Positions 10,022 to 19,093 of a stretch of 64,000 nt of DNA are shown piece after piece. Positions within the stretch are counted from its first letter, which is position 1; each line of letters starts with the position of its first letter. The position numbers were made by a program, and so were the translations under genes. A model generated the notes under the pieces. It was not told where the DNA came from. It worked only from the letters and a program-made list of their open reading frames with translations, and did no database searches. This DNA comes from an uncultured Alphaproteobacteria bacterium (GTDB lineage: Bacteria; Pseudomonadota; Alphaproteobacteria; RF32; CAG-239), in assembly GCA_944391485.1 (NCBI GenBank), contig CALXTQ010000014.1, positions 679 to 64,678 of the forward strand, in the 5' to 3' direction.

Positions 10022-10587
10022 TTTACACCAACCCCATTCAGCAGATTTTTTGTTTCATACAGCGGAAGCCCGATAATCCCGGAATATGAACCGATTATCT
10101 TTCTGACATAAGCTTCCATATCCTCTATGCGGTAGCCGCAGGCTCCTTTCCAGCTGCCGGAGGCAACATAGCCACGGATTTCGGCCGCCGTAAACTTTTT
10201 CATTAATATCCGGGTGGAGACGCTCCTGACCGACAGGCGCCCTTTTCCGTCCATGACGCAAACGGCGCTGATAACCCTATGAGCCTTGCCGGACAATGCC
10301 TGCATGACTTTTGTCTGTTCTTCTTCCGTCCGGGCTTTGTGCAGAATCTTTGTTCCGACAACGACAACCGTATCGCAGGCAAGAACATTTTCGCCGGGAT
10401 TGCTCTCGGCAACCCGGCGGGCTTTTTCTACCGCCATGCGTTTGACATAAGCCGTGGCTTTTTCAAAACGTTTTTCGCTTTCGTCAATATCCGCAGGCTG
10501 TATTTTTTTGGGAATAAAGCCAATTTGCGCCAACAGCTGCTTGCGCTGAGGAGAACCGGACGCCAGAATAAAGTCCTTTGTTTCCAT
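10018..10587 (-). CDS. maf: Maf family nucleotide pyrophosphatase
   Basis: ILASGSPQRKQLL, LACDTVV, LSGKAH, IIGLPL. Real start taken as METKDF. Confidence 0.9.
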   Translation of the reverse strand: METKDFILASGSPQRKQLLAQIGFIPKKIQPADIDESEKRFEKATAYVKRMAVEKARRVAESNPGENVLACDTVVVVGTKILHKARTEEEQTKVMQALSGKAHRVISAVCVMDGKGRLSVRSVSTRILMKKFTAAEIRGYVASGSWKGACGYRIEDMEAYVRKIIGSYSGIIGLPLYETKNLLNGVGVK

Positions 10588-10600
10588 GACGATACCCGGC

Positions 10601-11026
10601 TTAAGCTTCGTCGTCGTAAGTTTTTTCCATTCTTTCGTGGCGCTCCTGAGCCTCAATCGAAAGCGTCGCAACCGGGCGGGCTTCCAAACGGTCGATGCCG
10701 ATCGGCTCGCCGGTTTCCTCGCAATAACCGTAAACGCCGTCTTCAATGCGCTTCAGAGCTTCGTTGATCTTGCTGATGAGCTTGCGGGCGCGGTCTTTGG
10801 TGCGAAGATCCAGGGCCTTGTCTGCCTCGAGAGAGGCACGGTCAAGCTGATCGGGCTGGTTCAGGCCACCCTGACGCAGATCTTCCAGCGTGTCTTTGGA
10901 CTGCTCCAAAAGAGATTTTTTCCAGCTTAAAAGCTTCTGGCGGAAATACTCAACCTGATACTCGTTCATATACTCTTCGTCGGGCGAAGGTCTGTAATCA
11001 GGGGGAAGAATTACTGCGGTATCCAT
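10601..11026 (-). CDS. dksA: RNA polymerase-binding protein DksA (one-Cys alphaproteobacterial type)
   Basis: PDQLDRA coiled-coil tip, YGYCEETGEPIG, RLEARPVATLS. Confidence 0.95.
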   Translation of the reverse strand: MDTAVILPPDYRPSPDEEYMNEYQVEYFRQKLLSWKKSLLEQSKDTLEDLRQGGLNQPDQLDRASLEADKALDLRTKDRARKLISKINEALKRIEDGVYGYCEETGEPIGIDRLEARPVATLSIEAQERHERMEKTYDDEA

Positions 11027-11122
11027 CTTAATCTACTCCTTTGGATTTATAATTTTTTTCATATAGCAAGCAAAATACAGATTTCAATTACTAACTGCAA
11101 GCAAAAAATCGTTTAATCACAG

Positions 11123-11542
11123 CTATTTCATTAATTTTGCCAACTCGACCTCAACTCTTAATTCTATCTCTTCGATAATCTCTTTCAGACGCTCATCGGC
11201 TCCTTCAAAACGGCGGTCTTTTACAAAGCGCGAAATCTCTATCAGCTTGTCTTTGGAAATATAACCCGCCAGCAGACCGTCTCTGATGTCTTCCAGTTTT
11301 TCCAGAAGCGTCGCGCCGCGTTTGACCATTTTGCGGCGCATTTCGCGCTCTTCCTCGCCATTGACCATCTGCGCCGCAAAAATCGCGTCATTGACGGAAA
11401 TGCCGGACGCCCCGCCGACCGGCGAGCCGGAATTCTGCATGCTCTCGCGCAGATAGAGGGAAAAACTGTCCCTCGACGAACTTTTCTTTACCTTTCCGGC
11501 GTTCAGCTCCGCCGCCTTGTTTACGTCATTAACTTTTATCAC
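11123..11542 (-). CDS. fliX: Flagellar assembly regulator FliX
   Basis: RGATLLEKLEDIRDGLL and EIELRVEVELAKL. fliX-dksA synteny. Confidence 0.9.
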   Translation of the reverse strand: MIKVNDVNKAAELNAGKVKKSSSRDSFSLYLRESMQNSGSPVGGASGISVNDAIFAAQMVNGEEEREMRRKMVKRGATLLEKLEDIRDGLLAGYISKDKLIEISRFVKDRRFEGADERLKEIIEEIELRVEVELAKLMK

Positions 11543-11556
11543 CCTATGCGTTTCCC

Positions 11557-12105
11557 TTACTGAAATTCCCAGTTAATCTGATTTTCGTCGCTGTCCTGAC
11601 AAGCAGCTGCCGCCTCGCTCATCTCCACCGGAAGCGTTTTGGTTCCTGTCGCCACCCAAGGCCATTTATAAACGGTATCGTTAACCTTCAGCGTTACCAG
11701 ATCAGACGTATTGTCAACAGTCCAGGTCATAATAGCCAGTTCCAGACAAGCCTTATAAGGCAGGCTCATAAAGCGGATATCAAAAGTCTCCTCACTGCCC
11801 GCGAGCCGCACTTCGCCGCGAAAAACATGATGAAGAGCATCCTCTCCCTGAATCATGTCTTTGGGCGCCACGCGTTCCGATATCAGGCTAGATACGGAAA
11901 GCTTTTTGTAATTGCCGTCCGCCACATAACGGTTGTTTATTACCTTTTTCAGCTCCTCAACCTGCTGGCCGATGCGGCTGAGGCGATATTTGTCATACAT
12001 GGACGTTACCAGCGAGGCGATACTGACGGACATCGCCCCGAGGAAACCAAGGATGAGAATAATTTCCACCATCGTATGACCTTTTTCGTTCGTCCGTTTC
12101 AGCAT
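11557..12105 (-). CDS. Type IV pilin-like protein (PilS-like)
   Basis: Class III signal NEKG|HTMVE followed by a hydrophobic helix. Two C-terminal Cys (KACLEL, AACQD). Confidence 0.7.
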   Translation of the reverse strand: MLKRTNEKGHTMVEIILILGFLGAMSVSIASLVTSMYDKYRLSRIGQQVEELKKVINNRYVADGNYKKLSVSSLISERVAPKDMIQGEDALHHVFRGEVRLAGSEETFDIRFMSLPYKACLELAIMTWTVDNTSDLVTLKVNDTVYKWPWVATGTKTLPVEMSEAAAACQDSDENQINWEFQ

Positions 12106-12257
12106 TACCCGTCTCCTGTTTGCGCTTTGTTCATTTTATTACAATAAAGATTTTCGGTAAACAATAAAATTTATAATATTAAATTCTTTATTTTTGGGAA
12201 AAATCCGCTATATTATGTGTTGTGTTATATAAGCTTTGTTTTATAAAGGATTTTATC

Positions 12258-12812
12258 ATGAAAAAAATTTCCGCCCTTTTGACCGCAATTTCGGTTTTTG
12301 CCCTGAGCAGCACCGCCCGCGCCGAAGATCTGAACGAATACATCCCCTATGTCGGCGTTGACTATACCTATACCGACGGCGTCGCCAAATTCGAACGGCC
12401 GCATTTTAATTCCGGTTCCGTCAACGTCGGTACTTATTACAACCGCTATTTCGGAACGGAATTGTTTTACCAGTATTCGGACGATTACAAAGACGGACAC
12501 GGCGCCGACCGCTTCAAAACGTCTTTTCAAGCTTACGGCCTGGACCTGATGGGATATCTGCCTTTGTGGTGCGATAACGTGATTTCTCTTGTCGGAACGG
12601 TCGGTATCGGCGAATATACCTTTCATCATGAGTTCAGCAATGCCAAAGACCGCCGCGACCACGGCTACGGCTATCGCGCCGGCATCGGACTGCTTTACAA
12701 CTTTACCGAAAACTGGGGCGTCCGCGCTATGGTCCGTTATGTCGGCCTCGACCAGATTGAAGATTTTGACCATATGATGGAATATTCCGCCGGCATCCGG
12801 TATACTTTTTAG
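12258..12812 (+). CDS. Small outer membrane beta-barrel protein
   Basis: Sec signal, alternating beta-strand pattern, C-terminal IRYTF. RBS AAGGA upstream of ATG 12258. Confidence 0.85.
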   Translation: MKKISALLTAISVFALSSTARAEDLNEYIPYVGVDYTYTDGVAKFERPHFNSGSVNVGTYYNRYFGTELFYQYSDDYKDGHGADRFKTSFQAYGLDLMGYLPLWCDNVISLVGTVGIGEYTFHHEFSNAKDRRDHGYGYRAGIGLLYNFTENWGVRAMVRYVGLDQIEDFDHMMEYSAGIRYTF

Positions 12813-12830
12813 GCTTAAGCGGAGGCACGC

Positions 12831-13355
12831 ATGAAAAAACTTTCGGTTCTTCTGGCTTTGACCCTGCTTTCCGCCGCCTGCTCCGATTCCGGGAAAGAAG
12901 CTGAAAACGCTCCTCTTTCCGAAAATCAGGCTGAGAAACAAACGGTGGAATCCGGCGAAACAATTGTCGTAAAACCCGAATATGACGTTAAATATGAGGA
13001 AACGACATACAGTTATGCCGCAGGGGCTCTGCCCGCGCAATGCGACAAAGGCAGCGACATCATCTGCGCCATTGAACAGATGGCCAAATGCACGATTGAT
13101 CCCAAACAGGAAGAATGCCTCGCGGCAAAGCTTCCAAAGTTTGTATTTATGCCGGATGAAGAAAGCCTGCAGCGGCCTTCCGAGATGAGCTTCCGCGTAA
13201 CCAAGATCAAACCTGTTTCTGCAGACATGATAGAAGTTTATACGGAAAGCAGCTGCAACGGCGTCTGGTTCGGGCTCTGCAAAGGCAACATCATTTATGT
13301 TCTCAGCAACAAAAGCGGAAAATGGGTTGTCAAAGACGTTTATGCCAGAGAATAA
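12831..13355 (+). CDS. Hypothetical lipoprotein, Cys-containing
   Basis: Lipobox SAAC, GGAGG RBS. Confidence 0.8.
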   Translation: MKKLSVLLALTLLSAACSDSGKEAENAPLSENQAEKQTVESGETIVVKPEYDVKYEETTYSYAAGALPAQCDKGSDIICAIEQMAKCTIDPKQEECLAAKLPKFVFMPDEESLQRPSEMSFRVTKIKPVSADMIEVYTESSCNGVWFGLCKGNIIYVLSNKSGKWVVKDVYARE

Positions 13356-13367
13356 ATTATTCATCTG

Positions 13368-13396
13368 AAAAAAGGAGGCTGACGCCTCCTTTTTTT
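13368..13396. terminator. Bidirectional terminator
   Basis: AAAAAAGGAGGC-TGAC-GCCTCCTTTTTTT between convergent genes. Confidence 0.9.
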
Positions 13397-13796
13397 AATT
13401 GATACTTTCGTCGACTTCGTAAGTTGAAACTGTCGGAGAAGTTGTTTCGGTAACCGTCTCATCGACAGTAACGTTACTCGGATTGTTCTGCATCGGAGCC
13501 ACCGTCTGTCCGGCCGGAAGCTGGCTGGAATTGTTGACCGCCGCAGGCGCCGGAATATCCGCCGGCGCAACATCTACGCCGGGATCCCCCGGAAGCGGTT
13601 TCATATCGTTATTCTGGTTGACGGGAGCGGCAGGCGCCGGAGAGATAACCTCATATCCTTCTTCCACAACCAGAATATTGGCGGAATCAGGATTTCCCAC
13701 ATCCGAAGAAACCTGCGTCTGGGCATTGGCATTTTGAGAATCGCATCCCATCAGAGCCAAGGCCGAAACGCTTAACAGTGCCAGTGTTTTTTTCAT
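13395..13796 (-). CDS. Hypothetical low-complexity lipoprotein
   Basis: MKKTLALL...LMGC lipobox. P/A/T-rich. Confidence 0.75.
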   Translation of the reverse strand: MKKTLALLSVSALALMGCDSQNANAQTQVSSDVGNPDSANILVVEEGYEVISPAPAAPVNQNNDMKPLPGDPGVDVAPADIPAPAAVNNSSQLPAGQTVAPMQNNPSNVTVDETVTETTSPTVSTYEVDESIN

Positions 13797-14030
13797 ATCA
13801 AACCCCTTTGTGTAATTATAAACAGTCATCAGAGCTGATATATGCCTTAATCTACCTTATTCAATAGCCAGAAAAAGGTTTTCCGCCGTTTCAGAAACGA
13901 ATCATAAGGCCTCAGGAATCTTGTCCGCCGCGGATTGCGGGGAGACCAGAAACATATAAATTTTATGGTTGACGATACTGCCGGATATGTTAGAATTATT
14001 GGGTTTGAACAACAAGAATGGAGAAGACAG

Positions 14031-14747
14031 TTGACGCTGCGCAAGAAAGCAATCATTTGGGATCTGGACAATACCCTTTACCGTATTACCCCGGAATTTG
14101 CAGATACTCTCGACGAGGTTATGGCTCAGGCTCTAGTTGAGGATCTGGGCGTTAAGATGGATTTGGCCAAAGCCAAGGCAAAAGTAAAAGAATCTTACAG
14201 AATTTACCGCGACGGCGGCGAACTGTTTTACCGTGAAGACGGTATTAACCCGTGGGATTTGTTTGAAGCATATCACAAACGCAAACCGGTAGAACTGATT
14301 GTGCCTTTTGAAGGACTGGCGCAAAAACTGGCTACTCTTCCCGTCGAACAGTACATATTCACGACCAGCAGCCACTCAACGGCCGAAAAAATACTGAAGC
14401 AAATCGGGCTGTACGAACTGTTCAAAGGACGTTTTTATTCTGTAGAGGATTTTAATACTCTGAAGAAAAACGAAAGCGCCGATGTTTATCAGCAGCTTTG
14501 CGACAGAATCGGACTTAAGCCGCAGGACTGCGTTTTTGTCGACGACAGTTATTCAAACCTTGAGTTTCCCAAAGAGTTGGGCATGACGACCGTCAGAATT
14601 TACTATAATGAAAATTCCGCAAAGGACAAAACATACATCGACGCGGCATACAAAGGCATCAACAGTTTTCTGGACGCCTTTACGGCGGAAACAGCCTCCG
14701 ATACCGCTTCCGTAAAATTCGGTAAACAGTCTATGGCCTGCGGTTAA
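14031..14747 (+). CDS. HAD family hydrolase (pyrimidine 5'-nucleotidase-like)
   Basis: WDLDNTLY motif I and FVDDSYSNL motif IV. TTG start after GGAGA. Confidence 0.88.
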   Translation: MTLRKKAIIWDLDNTLYRITPEFADTLDEVMAQALVEDLGVKMDLAKAKAKVKESYRIYRDGGELFYREDGINPWDLFEAYHKRKPVELIVPFEGLAQKLATLPVEQYIFTTSSHSTAEKILKQIGLYELFKGRFYSVEDFNTLKKNESADVYQQLCDRIGLKPQDCVFVDDSYSNLEFPKELGMTTVRIYYNENSAKDKTYIDAAYKGINSFLDAFTAETASDTASVKFGKQSMACG

Positions 14748-15456
14748 ATTTCCGGCACAGATCGTTTTCAAACTTATAGTTTGTGTGGTTATCCAATTTT
14801 CCCTGCTCCTGCATCAGTTCTTTTTTGAAGTGCTGTATGAGCGGGGAAATTTCTTTTATATAATCTTCAGTCAAACGGTTGGTCGCTTCATCTATTTCAG
14901 AAATTCCGCCGACCGGGATGGGACTGATATGTCCGGATATTTCGGAAACCGACCGGCGCAGTCCGGGAATAAAATACTCCAGCGCCGCGGCGTTAATCTG
15001 ATGATGCGTCTGCTCATGTCTCATCACAACATTATAATCACAGCTGTCCGGCACAAGCTGATTGGAAATAAATATCACGGGGTCCTGATATCCGATAAAT
15101 ACTTCCAGCTTTTCCGGCACAACGCAGATTATACCGTCATCAGCGACTCTGCCGGCCGTTTCCAGCTGTATTTCCCAGTTAACGCCGATGACCGCCAGAC
15201 CAGAAGCAAACAGCCCCTGTTCCACAATGCCGTATTGCTTTCCGAGTTCTGTCAGTTCTTTCTGATTCATGGAGAAATCATAACGAAGACGCCCGTACGA
15301 AGTTTTAAATACAATCTCCGGTTCGGAAATCAGTTCCGCGCAGGGGCCGGCGCCGGGATTAAACGGATTTTTGCCGTCATCTGCCCGGCTTTTATCTGCC
15401 AGACCGCCGCAAAGCAAAAAAAACAAAACCGTTAATATAAAAAAAAGCTTTTTCAT
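14731..15456 (-). CDS. Secreted putative Zn-peptidase (DUF922-like)
   Basis: Signal peptide, HEQTH (HExxH), four Cys in the mature region. Confidence 0.65.
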   Translation of the reverse strand: MKKLFFILTVLFFLLCGGLADKSRADDGKNPFNPGAGPCAELISEPEIVFKTSYGRLRYDFSMNQKELTELGKQYGIVEQGLFASGLAVIGVNWEIQLETAGRVADDGIICVVPEKLEVFIGYQDPVIFISNQLVPDSCDYNVVMRHEQTHHQINAAALEYFIPGLRRSVSEISGHISPIPVGGISEIDEATNRLTEDYIKEISPLIQHFKKELMQEQGKLDNHTNYKFENDLCRKFNRRP

Positions 15457-15499
15457 GTATTTTATTATAGGAAATATTTATTAAAATAGGGTTGAGAAA

Positions 15500-16273
15500 A
15501 TGTGGAAAACACATCTTGCTTTTGGAATCGCTGCGGCGCTTATTGCCTCAGCCGCTTTGGCGCAGCCGGGCCGGTATGTCCGCAAGCAGCTGAAGCCGCA
15601 GTTTTTTATTCCCGAAAAAGAGCTTAACCGGCAGGAAGAACTGCCAGAATTTAACTATTATCCTTTGGGCGGACAAACAGGCGCCGATGAAGCGCAGGCG
15701 GCTCCGCAGCCCGGACAAGACGACCTTTCCGCGGCGTCCGGCAATATTTTGCAACAACCGGAAGAAACGGTGGCAACCGCAACGGCCGACAATCCTGAAA
15801 AGATGGCAGAACAGCTTCCGCCGCCGTCTCTGCCGGCAGAAAACACGACCGAAAGCGCCTTTAACAATTATGACAAGCAGGAACTGGCATCGCTGCCCGA
15901 ATACAAACAAAAATACACCGATTACGTTCATGATCTGAAAATTATCGCACAGACGGGAAAAGCTCCCGATAACCCGCGGGTGTTGAAAGATCTGGCGAAA
16001 ATGAACTCCAATGACAGAATAACCGTTGACGATACTTTCGGCCTGATGCCCCGTGCGGAGACAAACAGCAAAAACAGTTCGGCCACGGCAGACAGAAGTC
16101 TCCCGGAAACAGCCACCCAAACGAAACCGGCCGAAAGCACCCCAACAGGACTTGAAGAGAACCGCGTAGCAATATCCGCCACCGAGGAAGAGAAACATCC
16201 TGAAACAGCTGCTCAAACAGAACCGACCGAAAGCACCCCGGCAGAACCAGCTAAGCAAAAAAACTTTTTATAA
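15500..16273 (+). CDS. Secreted hypothetical protein with low-complexity segments
   Basis: Signal peptide ending ALA. The 3' end overlaps dapE. Confidence 0.75.
   Translation: MWKTHLAFGIAAALIASAALAQPGRYVRKQLKPQFFIPEKELNRQEELPEFNYYPLGGQTGADEAQAAPQPGQDDLSAASGNILQQPEETVATATADNPEKMAEQLPPPSLPAENTTESAFNNYDKQELASLPEYKQKYTDYVHDLKIIAQTGKAPDNPRVLKDLAKMNSNDRITVDDTFGLMPRAETNSKNSSATADRSLPETATQTKPAESTPTGLEENRVAISATEEEKHPETAAQTEPTESTPAEPAKQKNFL
16103..16246 (+). repeat. Intragenic duplication (about 48 bp, 96-bp period)
   Basis: PETATQTKPAESTPT at 16103 and PETAAQTEPTESTPA at 16199. Confidence 0.8.
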
Positions 16274-17384
16274 ATTCAAAATAGATATTTGTCAGCTTTT
16301 CGATATTTTCAACCGTTTCGCACTCATTGGTTTTGTGAATGCTGCCATTGGTCAGTCCAAACTCGACGACAGGACAGTATTTTTTCACAAAACGGGCATC
16401 CGATGTGCCGCCTTTGGTTGAATACTCTGGTTGAATGCCGCTGACTTTCCGAACGGCTGCCGACAGTTTTTCAACATCGGGACTGATTTTGCTCAAAAAA
16501 GCCTCGCCGGCAATTTCGTAATCCAGCTTAAACCGTCCCGGCGCACGGCTGATAATTTCTTCCACCCATCTGACAATCGACGTCCCGCTGTGGCTGCTGT
16601 TGAAACGAATGTCAATCTGGGCAAAAGCCTCGGCTGGTATGACGTTTGACGCCAGATTTCCAACATCTACCGTCGTAATCTGAAGCGTTGACGGATCAAA
16701 AAACTCATTACCGTTATCGAGCGGAGACCGCGTCAGCTCTGCTAGCAGAGTTACCAGATTGTGTATCGGATTGACGGCCAGGTGCGGATAAGCCGTGTGT
16801 CCGGCCTCGCCGTATGACGTTATTTTCAGCACAATATCACCGCGGCGGCCGATTTTTATTTCCTCGCCGATCCGCCGCGGATTTGACGGTTCGCCGACAA
16901 GGCAGAAATCAAATTTTTCTCCCCGGGCAGAAAGGCGTTCCAGCATTTTATCCGTCCCGTCAACCAGAGGCTCTTCCTCATCGCCGGAAATAAGCAGGCT
17001 TATCCGCCCAGCACCGCCCGACGCAAGATATTTCTTTGCCGCCGCCGCGAAACAGGCCGTGCCGCCTTTCATATCGGCAATGCCGCGGCCGTAGAGAATA
17101 CCGTCTGCTACTACGGCATCAAAGGGCGGATATTTCCAACCAGAAAAATCGCCGGCCGGAACCACATCCATATGTCCGGAAAAAAGAAGATGCCGGCCGC
17201 CACTTCCCGCCGTTGCAAAAAGATTGCCGACTTTCTGACCGCCGGGAGCGTCAATATCCGTGATTTTCCCGGAAAAGCCCGCTTTTTTCAAAACCGACAG
17301 CAGATATTCCAAAGCCGGCCCGACATTATTCTCATCTGTTTTGAAACGAACCAGTTCCCGGCATAATTCCAGCGCTTCCGACAT
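16251..17384 (-). CDS. dapE: Succinyl-diaminopimelate desuccinylase
   Basis: GHMDVVP, GRGIADMKG, GDEE, VGEPS, GHTAYPHLA, GGTSDAR. Confidence 0.95.
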   Translation of the reverse strand: MSEALELCRELVRFKTDENNVGPALEYLLSVLKKAGFSGKITDIDAPGGQKVGNLFATAGSGGRHLLFSGHMDVVPAGDFSGWKYPPFDAVVADGILYGRGIADMKGGTACFAAAAKKYLASGGAGRISLLISGDEEEPLVDGTDKMLERLSARGEKFDFCLVGEPSNPRRIGEEIKIGRRGDIVLKITSYGEAGHTAYPHLAVNPIHNLVTLLAELTRSPLDNGNEFFDPSTLQITTVDVGNLASNVIPAEAFAQIDIRFNSSHSGTSIVRWVEEIISRAPGRFKLDYEIAGEAFLSKISPDVEKLSAAVRKVSGIQPEYSTKGGTSDARFVKKYCPVVEFGLTNGSIHKTNECETVENIEKLTNIYFEFIKSFFA

Positions 17385-17433
17385 AATTTTTCCTCCGTAT
17401 TCTGAAAAAAAATTATAGAAGCGCCAAATTTAT

Positions 17434-17461
17434 TTGACAACTAAAATATCGGCGTTATCAT
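17434..17461 (+). promoter_or_regulatory. Sigma70 promoter of the leader-GNAT transcript
   Basis: TTGACA-16 nt-TATCAT. Confidence 0.7.
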
Positions 17462-17488
17462 AAAAAACAGATTTGTAAAGGATTTAAT

Positions 17489-17554
17489 ATGTTTGATATT
17501 GCATTGCACATTGCCCGCCGAGGGACTCTTCGCAAAAATAACTTGCGACGATGA
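17489..17554 (+). CDS. Putative leader peptide MFDIALHIARRGTLRKNNLRR
   Basis: AAAGGA RBS upstream of the ATG, 21 codons, five Arg, ends CGA CGA TGA. Too short for the ORF track. Confidence 0.7.
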   Translation: MFDIALHIARRGTLRKNNLRR

Positions 17555-17590
17555 TTTATGCGTTTTAAACACACAAATAAATTCAGTTGC

Positions 17591-17620
17591 AAGATTTGAA
17601 GAAATTCAAATCTTTTTTTT
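17591..17620 (+). terminator. Attenuator terminator between the leader and the first GNAT gene
   Basis: AAGATTTGAA-GAAA-TTCAAATCTT followed by a T-run, ending 25 nt before the GNAT start. Confidence 0.8.
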
Positions 17621-17645
17621 ATTTTCAGACAAAGAAGAGAACCTT

Positions 17646-18425
17646 ATGAAAAATTTAGAAAACCTACAATTCAAAAAACTGCAAATGACAATCCGGGACC
17701 TGCGGAGCCTGCTGGATCTGCAGGATAAGATTATTGCCAACTTCAAACCCGAAGAGCAGAATTTTATTCTGCACAGAACAATCGACGACTTCAGCAACGC
17801 CCTGAAAAGCGACCATATGTACGTTTTCGGATTATATGACGGCGACAGACTTGTTTCGCAATCCATTCTCTCCCTGCCCGGGAACAAAGACAAAAGAGAT
17901 CTGCCGGAGTTTGCCGGCGAATACAAAAATTCTGAAATTGCCGTTTATAAAGCCGTTTTGGTTGATCCTGAATATCGCGGGCACGGCCTGATGAAAGTTA
18001 TGCTGAGGGAACGGGAAAGGGTCGCCAAAGAACACGGCCGGAAACTGGCCATCACCCAGATTGCGGCAAAAAACCCGGCCAGCTGGGTTAACGCCGTCCA
18101 ATACGGCATGCAGATTATGCGGGCCGCGCATGACCCGGAAGACAACGCAGAGGTCATCTATCTGCAAAAACGGCTGGACGGAGAAAAAGATCCGCGGCTG
18201 ATGACGGATAAAACCTATGCCATCAAATACAGCAAAGAAATTCCCTGGGAAATTCTGTTCAACAAAATGGTCAATATCTCAAAGGCCGGCTGGGTCGGAA
18301 CAGCATGGGACAAGGAAAACAACAATATTCTGTGGCACCGGCGGGCCAGCACCGCCGAAAAGGTCTTGTGCGGACAACGCAACAGTAATTTTTGCTGGGG
18401 AAAGGTAAGCAGCTATGTTAAATAA
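17646..18425 (+). CDS. GNAT family N-acetyltransferase
   Basis: VLVDPEYRGHGL acetyl-CoA motif and KNPAS. Start at MKNLE. Confidence 0.88.
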   Translation: MKNLENLQFKKLQMTIRDLRSLLDLQDKIIANFKPEEQNFILHRTIDDFSNALKSDHMYVFGLYDGDRLVSQSILSLPGNKDKRDLPEFAGEYKNSEIAVYKAVLVDPEYRGHGLMKVMLRERERVAKEHGRKLAITQIAAKNPASWVNAVQYGMQIMRAAHDPEDNAEVIYLQKRLDGEKDPRLMTDKTYAIKYSKEIPWEILFNKMVNISKAGWVGTAWDKENNNILWHRRASTAEKVLCGQRNSNFCWGKVSSYVK

Positions 18426-18972
18426 ACTGAATATGCCCGAAAAAATGGAAAATGCAGACATCAGAATTATGAAAGTCGTTCCCGACATGTGCGATGATCT
18501 TTTTGAGGCAATAGAATCTTCGCGGGAATTTCTGCGCCAGTATCTGTTCTGGGTTGACGGGGTTAAAAATCCGGCGGACGAAGCGGCCTCCATCCGGATG
18601 TTTCTCGAAAACTGGGACAAAGGAGACTCTTTCATCTATGCCGTTTATGAAAAAAACAGCGGCCGGCTTGCAGGAACCATTGACGCCCATGCCATAAACC
18701 GCAATGATCATGTTGCCTATATCGGCTACTGGCTGAGAAAGGACCAAACCGGACACGGCTTTATCAGCAAAGCGCTGGCTCCTCTGGAAAAAATTCTTTT
18801 CGATCAGGGAATTCACCGGATAGTCATCATGTGCGAGGTTTCCAACCTGCCGTCCGCCGCCGTTGCCGAGCGCAATCATTATGTTTTTGAGGGAATTGCC
18901 AAAGAGCGCATCTGGTCTTACGGCGAGTTTCATGACGCCAAAATTTACGCAAAGCTGGCATCGGCTTTATAA
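18415..18972 (+). CDS. RimJ/RimL-type GNAT acetyltransferase
   Basis: LRQYLFWV, IGYWLRKDQTGHG, NLPSAAVAER. Overlaps the upstream GNAT. Confidence 0.9.
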   Translation: MLNKLNMPEKMENADIRIMKVVPDMCDDLFEAIESSREFLRQYLFWVDGVKNPADEAASIRMFLENWDKGDSFIYAVYEKNSGRLAGTIDAHAINRNDHVAYIGYWLRKDQTGHGFISKALAPLEKILFDQGIHRIVIMCEVSNLPSAAVAERNHYVFEGIAKERIWSYGEFHDAKIYAKLASAL

Positions 18973-19057
18973 TAGGCCGGTTTTATAACGTTTTGTATTA
19001 AAATCTGACGGCACTTTCAGTTTTGAGCAAGCTCAGTTTTTTAATGAAAATGCAATT

Positions 19058-19087
19058 AAAAAAGCACCTGATTTAAGGTGCTTTTTT
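19058..19087. terminator. Bidirectional terminator
   Basis: AAAAAAGCACCT...AGGTGCTTTTTT. Confidence 0.88.
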
Positions 19088-19093
19088 ACGTTT

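Noticed and set aside
10588-10746. N-terminal extension of the Maf ORF
   Set aside because: Overlaps dksA in another frame; the Maf domain begins at METKDF.
12225-13364. 379-aa minus-strand ORF
   Set aside because: Antisense to two well-formed genes with RBS and signal peptides; no recognisable motifs.
17493-17645. N-terminal 51 aa of the 310-aa GNAT ORF
   Set aside because: Runs through the leader and terminator; the real start is more likely ATG 17646.
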